DNA of 64,000 nucleotides from Bacteroidales bacterium (GTDB lineage Bacteria > Bacteroidota > Bacteroidia > Bacteroidales > GCA-2711565). Where the stretch lies: the NCBI GenBank assembly GCA_963678785.1, contig OY787449.1, positions 448,704 through 512,703 of the forward strand. The letters are read 5' to 3'. Within the stretch, counting starts at the first letter, position 1, and every line of letters starts with the position of its first letter. Positions 20,709 through 30,359 of this stretch are shown here, piece after piece. The notes under the pieces are model-generated. The model searched no databases. It had not been told where the DNA came from and was given only the letters and a program-made list of their open reading frames with translations. Made by a program: the position numbers and the translations under genes.

Positions 20709-20933
20709 CTTATTCGATTTTATTTGAATTACATAAAATCTTTAAGGTTATTTTGTAAAAGCTAAAATGCAAATCCGGAATAATAGAAAATAAGAATCAA
20801 CCTTATTTTTGATGTAAGATAAAACAATGAAGCCATCACTAACAATAAAAATATGTAATAAGGAGTTATTTGATATGCTATATAAACCTCTTAATGAACA
20901 CTTTAATCTTCTTGTAATGCATGAGTAAATTAA

Positions 20934-20974
20934 CAGCCAACTGACTACTATACTCTTAAATAATCAGTTGGCTG
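20934..20974. terminator. bidirectional stem-loop terminator between convergent genes
   Basis: Perfect 11-bp stem CAGCCAACTGA / TCAGTTGGCTG with a 19-nt loop, located between the 3' ends of 19269..20708(+) and the S8 peptidase(-). Confidence 0.55.
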
Positions 20975-21034
20975 CAATAAAGGCCCGCCCTTGAATATTT
21001 CTAATCGAAACATCCTGTATATACCAGAATGATT

Positions 21035-22342
21035 TTACTTACATTCGATGGCCAATTTAACGGCATCATAAGCATTTACAAACCCATAACCCGACTGATA
21101 ATCAAATCCCTTATCAAAAATATCCTTTGCTGTTTTTTTCAAAATTTCTTTCACCTGCCAAACGGTTAATTCGGGATTGGCACTTAACATTAAGGCAAGA
21201 ACACCAACAAAATGCGGACCGGCATGTGAATTGCCATTTGCATCGTTCCCTATTGAATTATCAACCGCACTTACATAAGGGATTTTGGAATTATAGGTAC
21301 AAAAATCCGGTTTGTTTACTTTTCCTTCTTTGTAATATCCGGTACTCCAATCAACCGGTCCCTGGCTTGAAAACTTAGGCCGTATCATATGCTGATCAAC
21401 ACCCGACACGCCAAAAACTGCATCCGGAATATCTTCAGGGAACCTCATTTGAACAGGCACAGGTGCAAACTTCCCTTTATCTTTTGCTGCAAAATTACCG
21501 GCTCCTGAAACAAAGAACACTCCACAATATGCCCCTTGTTCTAATACTTTTCTTAAATGTGTTCGGTATTCCCCAAGATTGGGTATCGAAAAACTCATAT
21601 TATAAGTATCCGCTTGATGTTCGATGGCCCATTCTATGACGTCTTCAATTTGGTCAGGTGATGCAACCAATCCACACCACTGCGAATTGGGTGCAATTCC
21701 CAGAATATCATCCCCAATCGTTCTGCCACAAATTGCACCTCCAACGATGTTTCCATGAATTTTGGGTTTGGTATTTGGTTCTGTAATTGAAATATTTGAG
21801 CTTTGGGTTCTAAAGTTATAACCGTTGTAGTCATCAACACATCCATTCTGATCATCATCAAACCCGTTATCGGGTATCTCTTTTGTGTTTTGATAAATGT
21901 TGCTCATCAATGCCGGATCATCCATTCTAAATCCATTATCCTGAATAATATTCAGCACTCCTTCTCCACTAATATTAAACTTTTTCCAGACCTTAACAGC
22001 ACCGATTCCTTGCAAATTCCATCTGGCATAATAACCGGTTGGATCAATAGGTTTGAAATCATATACAATCGAACTTTTCGTTGATTCACTCTTACCTCTT
22101 GGTCTGTCATTATCTCTTTTTTGAAATATTCTTTCAACTCCCGGAAGTTTTGCTAGATTAGCCAGACTTTCCTCACGAAGTAAGCGGCATGAGAACCCAT
22201 TGATAATCCAATGTTTTTCAACATTGCCAATCATCAAATCTTTTTCGAGAGATTGCAGCTGTGATTGCACCGCCTGAAAACTCTTGTTACTAAGTTGTTT
22301 TAGTTCGTTTACTACCGATTTTCGGATGGCAGTTCTCCCCAT
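21035..22342 (-). CDS. S8 family (subtilisin-like) serine peptidase; 5' end disrupted by a homopolymer frameshift
   Basis: The Asp/His/Ser triad contexts are IIQDNG, HGNIVGG and GNSHAGPHFVG. The ORF as called lacks a signal peptide. The in-frame sequence continues upstream to 22497, and a signal-peptide ORF starts at 22538 in another frame. Confidence 0.8.
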   Translation of the reverse strand: MGRTAIRKSVVNELKQLSNKSFQAVQSQLQSLEKDLMIGNVEKHWIINGFSCRLLREESLANLAKLPGVERIFQKRDNDRPRGKSESTKSSIVYDFKPIDPTGYYARWNLQGIGAVKVWKKFNISGEGVLNIIQDNGFRMDDPALMSNIYQNTKEIPDNGFDDDQNGCVDDYNGYNFRTQSSNISITEPNTKPKIHGNIVGGAICGRTIGDDILGIAPNSQWCGLVASPDQIEDVIEWAIEHQADTYNMSFSIPNLGEYRTHLRKVLEQGAYCGVFFVSGAGNFAAKDKGKFAPVPVQMRFPEDIPDAVFGVSGVDQHMIRPKFSSQGPVDWSTGYYKEGKVNKPDFCTYNSKIPYVSAVDNSIGNDANGNSHAGPHFVGVLALMLSANPELTVWQVKEILKKTAKDIFDKGFDYQSGYGFVNAYDAVKLAIECK

Positions 22343-23025
22343 CCCCTCATAATTTTTCTGAAACTTTATATAACTGTCGGCTGCAGGCAGAAACTGCGGT
22401 TTAAACCAAACAACAACGGTTTTATTTTTAACTTCACCTTTTAAGGAAGGTGAGATCCATACTCCCTCAGCAAAAAGAGTGGTTACAGAAAAAAAAACTG
22501 ATCATAAAAAAGCAAATTCTACTCATAATCGTATTCATAATAATTGTGTTTTAAGGGTTCATTTACAAACCCTTGTAAATTGTTGGTATAGTGAGGTAAA
22601 ATTACAAAAACAAAAGTGAGCTGAAGCTCCTTTATTTAACATTTTCTCAATTTTTACTAACCATTCTGATGACCAGAAAGAGGTCATAATTAATGATATA
22701 AATCACACTTATCTAATTAAAGTAGCTGCTTTCATTAATGCTTATCTCACAAAAAAACATTCAGGCATTCGAAGTAAATTAAAGCAAACATTTTTGATTC
22801 ATCCCTGAAAAAAATCAAGCATCAAAAAAAACTGATCAGATTGATTCATATAAGTAAATGTATAACAGCCCAACATTCCAAAAAATGTGGATCATTTATC
22901 AAATCGTTTTATATTTGATTTTTGGTAGAAATAAATAATAATTTTATAGGTTTGATAAGCTTGTATTTTAAGGCAGTCTGTTAAATTTACATTTAAACTA
23001 ATTTAGACCATTAAACATAAATTAT

Positions 23026-23730
23026 ATGAGAACTCTCGGACTGATAGGAGGAACATCATGGCATTCAACCATAGATTATTACAGATATATTAACCAAAAA
23101 GTAAACGATCATTTTGGAGATAACACCAATCCTCCATTAATGGTATATACTTTAAATCAATCATTAATTCATAGGTTTCAAAAAGAGTCCGACTGGGGAG
23201 AAATTGCTGAATTACTGATAGAGGCCGCAAGAAAACTGGAGAAAGCAGGAGCTGACATGGTCATGTTCTGTGCCAATACACCTCACAAGGTATACGACAT
23301 TGTGGAATCGAAAATTGATATCCCAATTCTACATATTGCAGATGCAACGGCAAAAGCAATCAAATTAGCGAAACTTAAAAAGGTTTGTTTTTTGGGCACA
23401 AAGTATTCAATGACTGAAAACTTCGTAACCAAAAGAATATCAAATAATGACATTGAAGTATTAAAACCCAAAGAGGAAAATATAATTGATGAATTACATC
23501 GAATTATACAAGAAGAGTTAACATACGGAAAGATAATTCCTCAATCTAAAGATTATGTAATTAGCATCATACATTCATTTGTTGACGACGGTGCAGAGGC
23601 TGTCATTCTGGGGTGTACGGAATTTCCATTGATGATAAAAGAGAATGACCTGCAAATTCCTATTTTTAATACAACCGAAATTCATGCAGAAGCAGGAGTA
23701 GATTTTATTCTGAGTGATTTAAAAAAATAA
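23026..23730 (+). CDS. aspartate/glutamate racemase family protein
   Basis: 234 aa with LGLIGGTSWHST and the two catalytic Cys contexts FCANTPH and LGCTEFP. Confidence 0.85.
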   Translation: MRTLGLIGGTSWHSTIDYYRYINQKVNDHFGDNTNPPLMVYTLNQSLIHRFQKESDWGEIAELLIEAARKLEKAGADMVMFCANTPHKVYDIVESKIDIPILHIADATAKAIKLAKLKKVCFLGTKYSMTENFVTKRISNNDIEVLKPKEENIIDELHRIIQEELTYGKIIPQSKDYVISIIHSFVDDGAEAVILGCTEFPLMIKENDLQIPIFNTTEIHAEAGVDFILSDLKK

Positions 23731-23940
23731 AACTGAAATCAAAACTACAATATCTCTCAATTATCTAACACTTTTATCCTTTTATTTAATTGGCATAATG
23801 AAAAGCAAGATGGAAAATGTGAAAGCTGCAGTACTCAAAAACCATTGTTCATCAAATCAGATTGAAGTTAATGAGAATATTAAGCCCTTACCAAAAAATG
23901 ACAAGTAACTAACTGAGGTTCATGAACAAAAATTTGCAGA

Positions 23941-24855
23941 ATGATTTATAAAGAAGTAATTGAAGAAGTATTTCAGAAGGTGAATAAGGCCGAAAGCAAA
24001 GGCAAATTAGCATCTTATATTCCGGAACTGGCAAAGGTTGACCCAATGAAATTTGGAGTTCATCTTTCAACAAGCTCTCAAATGAATTATGGTTTGGGGG
24101 ATTTTCAAGAAAACTTTTCTATTCAAAGTATTGCAAAGGTATTTTCACTGTGCTTTGCCTATAAAATGCTTGGAGAAAACATTTGGAACCGACTGGGTGT
24201 AGAACCTTCAGGAAGTGGATTTAATTCACTTGTACAACTTGAGAGTGATCATGGAATTCCCAGAAACCCATTTATAAATGCAGGTGCAATCGTAATTTCC
24301 GACATTCTTTTAAGTCAATTAGATCATCCTAAGGAAGATTTATTGTCTTTTATCAGAAGCCTCTCTGACAACCAAAACATCACTTATTCGAAAAAAATAT
24401 CAAGCTCTGAAAAATCGGTTGGATTTCGCAATATTGCTTTATGCAATTTTATTAAATCCTTTGGTAATATTGAAAACCATCCTGAAGAAGTACTTGATTT
24501 TTATTTTGATTTATGTTCTTTGGAAACCAATTGCCAGGATCTCTCAGAAATGTTTTTATTTCTTGCAAACAATGGAAAAGCAACTCATTCGGGTAATCAA
24601 ATACTGACACTGAGCCAATCGAAAAGGATAAATGCACTCATGCAAACCTGTGGTTTTTATGATGAATCGGGAGAATTTGCTTTTAAGGTTGGTCTACCCG
24701 GAAAAAGTGGAGTTGGCGGAGGTATCATCGCAATATACCCCAATCAGTACAGCATCGCAATTTGGAGTCCTAAATTAAATGCAAAAGGAAACTCATATAA
24801 AGGGATGAAATTTTTAGAAGAATTCACCACTTTATCTCAACAATCAATTTTTTAA
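23941..24855 (+). CDS. glsA: glutaminase A
   Basis: 304 aa with serine-beta-lactamase-like glutaminase motifs: FSIQSIAKVF, NPFINAGAI and LPGKSGVGGGI. Confidence 0.88.
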   Translation: MIYKEVIEEVFQKVNKAESKGKLASYIPELAKVDPMKFGVHLSTSSQMNYGLGDFQENFSIQSIAKVFSLCFAYKMLGENIWNRLGVEPSGSGFNSLVQLESDHGIPRNPFINAGAIVISDILLSQLDHPKEDLLSFIRSLSDNQNITYSKKISSSEKSVGFRNIALCNFIKSFGNIENHPEEVLDFYFDLCSLETNCQDLSEMFLFLANNGKATHSGNQILTLSQSKRINALMQTCGFYDESGEFAFKVGLPGKSGVGGGIIAIYPNQYSIAIWSPKLNAKGNSYKGMKFLEEFTTLSQQSIF

Positions 24856-24872
24856 ACAAAATCAAACTGATT

Positions 24873-25610
24873 ATGACAACATTAGTAGTAGGTGCCAGTG
24901 GTGCAACCGGAAAACATTTGGTTAACCAACTTTTAATTTCGGAGCAAAAGGTGAAAATTATTGTTCGATCGGTGGAAGCCTTACCGGATAACTGGAAAAC
25001 AAACAATCAACTATCGATCATTCAAGCCAGTATCCTGGATATTGATGAAGATGAAATGGCATACCACCTTAAAGATTGTGATGCAGTTGCTTCATGTTTA
25101 GGCCACAATTTGAATTTTAAAGGTTTATATGGAAAACCCAGAAGGCTGGTGACTGATGCTGTTCAACTCCTCTGTAATGCCATTAAGAAAAATGAACCTG
25201 AAAAAGCCGTCAAATTTGTATTAATGAATACTTCGGCCAATCGAAACCGAGACTTAAATGAAGCTTTTACCATGGCTGAAAAAATGGTGATCGGAATCGT
25301 TAGGTTACTGATCCCTCCACATTCTGATAATGAGCAGGCTGCAGAATATCTGCGAAGCAAAATTGGTCAGAACGATCCTTTGGTTCAATGGGTAGCTGTG
25401 CGACCTGATGCTTTGGTAAACGATGATTGTGTTAGCGAATACACTTCTCATCCATCACCTGTTAGAAGTGCTGTATTTAATGCAGGTAAAATCAGCCGAA
25501 TCAATGTTGGTCATTTCATGGCTAAACTCATAACTGACTCAAAGATATGGAATCAATGGATTGGTCAAATGCCTATACTTTATAATAAAGCCGGAACCAA
25601 GATAAGCTAA
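24873..25610 (+). CDS. NAD(P)H-binding (atypical SDR/NmrA-like) oxidoreductase
   Basis: N-terminal Rossmann motif VVGASGATGKHLV; 245 aa. Confidence 0.7.
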   Translation: MTTLVVGASGATGKHLVNQLLISEQKVKIIVRSVEALPDNWKTNNQLSIIQASILDIDEDEMAYHLKDCDAVASCLGHNLNFKGLYGKPRRLVTDAVQLLCNAIKKNEPEKAVKFVLMNTSANRNRDLNEAFTMAEKMVIGIVRLLIPPHSDNEQAAEYLRSKIGQNDPLVQWVAVRPDALVNDDCVSEYTSHPSPVRSAVFNAGKISRINVGHFMAKLITDSKIWNQWIGQMPILYNKAGTKIS

Positions 25611-25639
25611 AGAATTGAGATACAAACCTGAACCTTGGG

Positions 25640-26878
25640 TTAATCTCTTACACAGCGGATCGAGAAGCCATAGTTTTTACTCAGATTATTGATATCAAGT
25701 ACGCCTCCATCCAGCACTAAAAATCTGGCCCATTTGCTGCCTTCATGATATTCGGTTGAACTCCAGAAATATGGATTTACACCTTTTTCCTGAAAAAGGC
25801 CGTCTCTGTTTCGTTTACCTCCCTTTAGTGCATTGAATGAACCATTCTTCATATTTTCATCGGCTTTCCAGGGACCACCCAAATAATCAACTAAAATTTG
25901 GTAATCTTCATAGGTGGCAACACGCCATCCATCCGGAGCAATGTTCCTGATGTCACTGGCTGCAAACCAATTATACAATCGTCCATAAGAATCTGAATTT
26001 TCGGGTTCATTGTCATAATCACAATAAGCGCCTGATTCTGTATGATTCCATAAGGCATTGTCTTTAATATTTTCAATGGGTTCCCCATTTTGATATCTGG
26101 TCACTTTCAAATTCTCAAGCGTCCAAACCTGTGTTCCAATCGATACCGTATTGTAAATATTTCCATCAATATCACTCACGGTATTTTGAAATGCTTTTAA
26201 ATACAATAAATTTCCGTAGGCAGTACCTTTACTGTTGGTGGCATAGGCCCTAATATAGTAGGAATCAGTTGGATTTAAGCCTGAAATTTCACTCACAAAG
26301 TCTCCTACTCCATTCCCATCAATGGTCTTAAAATCAGAAATTGTGGGTGGATTATTCACACTCCAACAAACACCTCTTGAGCTAACCTTATCAAATCCTT
26401 CAAAACTGATGTTACCTCCACTGATGCACTGTGTAGCTGATCTATTTGAGATGGCAGAAGTTTCAAGGATGGGAATCTTTGAACCATTGGTTTTAAAAAC
26501 CACTTCATTACCATAAGATACTCCGTGTGAATTACCTGCATAAGCCCGAACATAATAAGTGGTATTCGGAATTAAATCGGTAATCACACTGATAAAATTT
26601 CCATCACCTACGCCATCTAAGGTTTTGTTATTTTCGATGGTTGGCATGGGCTGGATATCCCAACAAATTCCCCGAGAGCTTACAGAAGTTTTCCCTCCAT
26701 TAACAATACTTCCACCACCATATGCCTTGGTTTCACTTATATAGCTCATTTTTGATGTGGTGACTTTATTGGCAGATGCCAGATCAAGCGACTCACAAGC
26801 AAGCAATAATATCATAAAAACAGCCAAACCCTTCAGCATCATTTTAAACAAACTTCCAAATCTTTTAATTATTATCAT
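25640..26878 (-). CDS. lipoprotein with two Ig-like repeats and a Fibrobacter succinogenes major paralogous (FISH) domain
   Basis: A tandem repeat (SSRGICWD/SSRGVCWS ... YYVRAYA/YYIRAYA) is followed by WTLENLKVTRYQNG ... YNWFA ... APDGWRVATYEDY ... GFSIRCVRD. Confidence 0.7.
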   Translation of the reverse strand: MIIIKRFGSLFKMMLKGLAVFMILLLACESLDLASANKVTTSKMSYISETKAYGGGSIVNGGKTSVSSRGICWDIQPMPTIENNKTLDGVGDGNFISVITDLIPNTTYYVRAYAGNSHGVSYGNEVVFKTNGSKIPILETSAISNRSATQCISGGNISFEGFDKVSSRGVCWSVNNPPTISDFKTIDGNGVGDFVSEISGLNPTDSYYIRAYATNSKGTAYGNLLYLKAFQNTVSDIDGNIYNTVSIGTQVWTLENLKVTRYQNGEPIENIKDNALWNHTESGAYCDYDNEPENSDSYGRLYNWFAASDIRNIAPDGWRVATYEDYQILVDYLGGPWKADENMKNGSFNALKGGKRNRDGLFQEKGVNPYFWSSTEYHEGSKWARFLVLDGGVLDINNLSKNYGFSIRCVRD

Positions 26879-26999
26879 GATAATAATTATATCTTTAACA
26901 ATATTCTCGAATTTCAGCAGACTAAGATAAAACTATTTTATTTGATCTCATTTCTAAGAGATTTATTACTCAACAAACTGATTAAAGTACAATTACAGC

Positions 27000-27461
27000 A
27001 TGAAAACCTTTTATACATTAATCACAATCATTTTAATTTCATTCAATGCTATGGGACAAAATAAACATCCAATGAAAATTGCTATGGTGAGCGTTTTTGT
27101 TGAAGATCCGGTTAAAGCCTTTAAATTTTATACCGAAATATTGGGATTTGAAGAAGTCATGTATTCTCCTGAAAATTATATTGCCATCGTAAAATCTACG
27201 CTCTCTGGTGAAGGCACCTATTTACTTTTAGAACCCACAGAACCCGACGGTATTGAAATTGCGAAAGAATACAAAAAACAGCTTTATTCAATGGGGTTTC
27301 CTGTGATTTCATTTAGTTCAGATGACATTCATAAAACAGCAGCTGAGTTAAAAAGTAAAGGGGTTAAATTTAAGAAGGAGGTTGAGAAAACCGATTATGG
27401 TTTTGAAGCCATTTTTGATGATGATAACGGCAATTACATTCAGCTACTTCAATTAAATTAA
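27000..27461 (+). CDS. VOC (glyoxalase/bleomycin-resistance) family protein
   Basis: The VOC fold begins at MKIAMVSVFVEDPVKAFKFYTEILGFEE. The ORF as called carries a 24-aa hydrophobic leader. The alternative start is ATG 27072. Confidence 0.7.
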   Translation: MKTFYTLITIILISFNAMGQNKHPMKIAMVSVFVEDPVKAFKFYTEILGFEEVMYSPENYIAIVKSTLSGEGTYLLLEPTEPDGIEIAKEYKKQLYSMGFPVISFSSDDIHKTAAELKSKGVKFKKEVEKTDYGFEAIFDDDNGNYIQLLQLN

Positions 27462-27597
27462 GTAGATCTAAAAAAGATGCGCAGCTGTTGATTAAAAATT
27501 TCATCCCCCAATTTAAAAATATAGATACGGAATATGTTCCATTCAGCCCAACATTTCATACACGTTCCGTTACCTGCAAGCAAACAAAATAAATACG

Positions 27598-28173
27598 ATG
27601 AATAAGAAAGTAAGAAATATTATAGACGAAGTTTTTCCAGTATCTGAAAAATCATTTCAGGAAATAGACAGTTTGCTGGAATATGAAACTTTCGAAAACG
27701 GAGAAACATTTATAGAAAGAAACAAACGAAACGAAAAGGAATATTTTATCCTAAGTGGGGTTTGTAAAAGCTATTTAGTAAATCCAGATGGAGATGAAAT
27801 TACTATATCACTATTCACAGAAAACAGCATCTTATCACCTCATCAAACAAGAACCCCTAACAATATTTCAAATCTAAATTTCAAGGCATTAACCAATTTA
27901 GAATTAGCTTCAATGAATGCCAAAGAATTTGAAAATTTAATGATTGAGAATATCGAAATAAGAAATTTTGCAAATACAGTTCTACAAAATGAACTTATGT
28001 TAAAAGTTGAAAAAGAAATAGGATTAGCATCTCTTACGGCAAAGGAAAGATTGATTGAATTTCGAAATAAATATAAAATTTTAGAAAACCTTATCCCACA
28101 CACAGATATTGCTTCATATTTAGGTATTACAAATATTTCATTAAGTAGATTACGAAAAGATTTGATGAGTTAA
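27598..28173 (+). CDS. Crp/Fnr family transcriptional regulator
   Basis: 191 aa with a cNMP-binding-like N-terminal barrel and a C-terminal HTH (HTDIASYLGITNISLSRLRKDL). Confidence 0.75.
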   Translation: MNKKVRNIIDEVFPVSEKSFQEIDSLLEYETFENGETFIERNKRNEKEYFILSGVCKSYLVNPDGDEITISLFTENSILSPHQTRTPNNISNLNFKALTNLELASMNAKEFENLMIENIEIRNFANTVLQNELMLKVEKEIGLASLTAKERLIEFRNKYKILENLIPHTDIASYLGITNISLSRLRKDLMS

Positions 28174-28246
28174 TTGCTTTTTATCAAATGTTAATGGAGA
28201 ACATTTTTAATCGCTCTAATTTTGTAAAGAATTTAAACGATTAAAA

Positions 28247-29686
28247 ATGAAAGAAATGAATATATCTATTAATAATTTGAAACCATTTTGGTTTTTACTG
28301 ATTGGAATAGCAACTACTTCTATGACCCATATGTCATTCGGTGTTGACTTCTTTGCGTGGTTTTCTATCGTTCCATTTTTGTTATATCTAAATAATACAA
28401 AAGGTTGGAAATCAAGATTACTTTTTACTATTGCTTTAATTATTGCGTGGTCAATTGTCGTTCTGAAAATTGTTACACCACCAATACCATATTTAATGAT
28501 TTTCCTTTTTTCTATTCCAATAAGTCTGTTCCATTTACCAGCTTATTTGATTTGGGATAAATTTAAAAACCATAAATGGTCAATACTCCTATTTCCGACA
28601 ATCCTGATAATAATGGAATGGGTACAATATACCTTTACACCTTTTGCAAGTTGGGGAGTTATGGCCTATTCACAATTGAATAGTATAAATATTATGCAAT
28701 TTGTTTCTGTATTTGGAATGGCAGGATTAAGTTTCCTAATCTATTGGGTAAATGTTTCAATTGCTCAATTAATTACAAGGAAAAAAGCAAATTTGTTATC
28801 ATTGTATATACCCCTTTCAATTCTAATTATTGTAATTATTTTTGGCTCACTGCGTATTAACATAGAAAAATCAAAAGGAGTTAAAACAATGACTGTTGCA
28901 ACAGTAGGAACAAATTCAACAGTTGGCGGTTTGCCTTTACCAACAAAAGAAAGTAACGATAAAGTAATATCTAAATTACTCAAAAAAACTGAAAAAGCTG
29001 GTGATTTTGGTGCTAAAATAATCGTTTGGAATGAAGCTTCATTTTATACACTTCCAAGTAATGAAAAAGATATCCAAGACTCAATAAAGACAATTGCAAA
29101 AAAGAAAAACACTTCAATCGTTGCATCTTATGTAGTACCTATCTCTGAAAATCCTTTTAAATATGAAAATAAGTATGTATTTATCAACGGAAAAGGAGAA
29201 ATCGTATATTCGTATCTAAAACATCAACCTGTTCCTGGAGAACCTGCCATTCAAGGAACAGAACCTTTTCAGACAGTTCAGATATCTGAAAGTAGAATTG
29301 GCGGAGCAATTTGCTACGATTATGATTTTCCGTATATCGCACAAGAATTTGGAAAATTAAAAGCAGATATTGTTGCCGTTCCATCATCAGATTGGCGTGG
29401 AATAGACCCATTACATACAAGAATGTCAGCTTTTAGAGCCATAGAGCAAGGACACTCAATAATCCGCTCAACCCGATTTGGACTTTCTGCAATCATTTCG
29501 CCATATGGAGAAATGATCAGTCAATCGAGCAGTTTTGACGACAACAATAAAGTAATGATAGCCAATATACAAGCAAAAGGAATTAATACGATATATTCAA
29601 TAATTGGAGATTTGTTTATTTATCTTTGTTTAGGATTTTTAATACTGTTTATTATAGACGTAATGATAAGAAAAACCAGTAGGTAA
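28247..29686 (+). CDS. apolipoprotein N-acyltransferase-like protein (multi-TM N-terminus plus carbon-nitrogen hydrolase domain)
   Basis: 479 aa: several TM helices, then CN-hydrolase motifs (IIVWNEASF; GGAICYDYDFP with the catalytic Cys). This is the Lnt-type architecture. The stop codon TAA lies inside the GTAAC box of repeat E2. Confidence 0.65.
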   Translation: MKEMNISINNLKPFWFLLIGIATTSMTHMSFGVDFFAWFSIVPFLLYLNNTKGWKSRLLFTIALIIAWSIVVLKIVTPPIPYLMIFLFSIPISLFHLPAYLIWDKFKNHKWSILLFPTILIIMEWVQYTFTPFASWGVMAYSQLNSINIMQFVSVFGMAGLSFLIYWVNVSIAQLITRKKANLLSLYIPLSILIIVIIFGSLRINIEKSKGVKTMTVATVGTNSTVGGLPLPTKESNDKVISKLLKKTEKAGDFGAKIIVWNEASFYTLPSNEKDIQDSIKTIAKKKNTSIVASYVVPISENPFKYENKYVFINGKGEIVYSYLKHQPVPGEPAIQGTEPFQTVQISESRIGGAICYDYDFPYIAQEFGKLKADIVAVPSSDWRGIDPLHTRMSAFRAIEQGHSIIRSTRFGLSAIISPYGEMISQSSSFDDNNKVMIANIQAKGINTIYSIIGDLFIYLCLGFLILFIIDVMIRKTSR

Positions 29687-29776
29687 CACTGTATAAAAAT
29701 AATAGCGGGTTTAGTGATAAATTAAAAGGGAAACACATCAAATCCGCTACTATTCTTATACGTGGCCGTTATGTGC
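29682..29776 (+). repeat. attC-like structured repeat, copy E2 (short centre)
   Basis: GGTAAC-act-GTATAAAAATAATAGC, a 38-nt centre, GCTACTATTCTTATAC-gtggc-CGTTATGTG. Both 16-nt arms are identical to E1, but the central part differs in length and sequence. Confidence 0.7.
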
Positions 29777-29795
29777 AACTTGGTACGTTATATAA

Positions 29796-29830
29796 ACATC
29801 GTTTACAAAGTTATAGATACATCGTTTACA
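29796..29830 (+). promoter_or_regulatory. tandem direct repeat ACATCGTTTACA x2 upstream of the GNAT gene
   Basis: Exact 12-mers at 29796..29807 and 29819..29830 have starts 23 nt apart. The second ends 10 nt before the GNAT ATG. This is a possible operator or promoter element. Confidence 0.3.
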
Positions 29831-29840
29831 CTTTTTAGAA

Positions 29841-30284
29841 ATGAGAATTGAAAAAATCTCACATAACAAGAAACAATATCTTGATTTATTGCTATTAGCA
29901 GACGAGCAAGAGGATATGATTGACAAATATTTGGAAGGTGGCGATATGTTTGCACTATTCGATGATGACTTAAAGACTGTTTGTGTTGTTTTAGCGATAG
30001 ATAAGGAAAGCTGCGAAATAAAAAACATAGCAACCTATAAAAAATATCAAGACAAAGGATATGCTAAGGCATTAATAAAGTTTGTCTCAGATTATTACAA
30101 AAAGAGCTATGAAACAATGTTTGTCGGAACTGGCGAGACTCCAACAATATTATCATTTTATGAAAATTGCGGATTTAAAAAATCTCATTATATCAAAAAT
30201 TTCTTTACCGATCATTATAAGCACCCAATGTTTGAAGACGGAATACAACTTGTAGATATGGTTTATTTAAAGAAAAAATTATAA
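29841..30284 (+). CDS. GNAT family N-acetyltransferase
   Basis: 147 aa with an acetyl-CoA-binding motif-A region ([17 protein letters not shown]) and a C-terminal FYENCGFKK. Confidence 0.8.
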   Translation: MRIEKISHNKKQYLDLLLLADEQEDMIDKYLEGGDMFALFDDDLKTVCVVLAIDKESCEIKNIATYKKYQDKGYAKALIKFVSDYYKKSYETMFVGTGETPTILSFYENCGFKKSHYIKNFFTDHYKHPMFEDGIQLVDMVYLKKKL

Positions 30285-30359
30285 ATACTTGATGCTAATA
30301 ACAGCTATCGTTCATGGCTCCAGGATAGGTTACCAAAATCTTAAGCTAAATATTAACCT

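Noticed and set aside
20934-20974. The hairpin loop CTACTATACTCTTAAATAATCAGTTGG resembles the right arm of the repeat family (CTACTATTCTTATACTAACCGTTGG).
   Set aside because: It has no left-end GTAAC/GTATAAAAATAATAGC motif. A perfect 11-bp stem between convergent genes is adequately explained as a terminator.
23799-23909. A 36-codon ORF (MKSKMENVKAAVLKNH...) lies between the racemase and glutaminase genes.
   Set aside because: It is too short, with no recognisable motif or coupling signal, so it cannot be supported from sequence alone.
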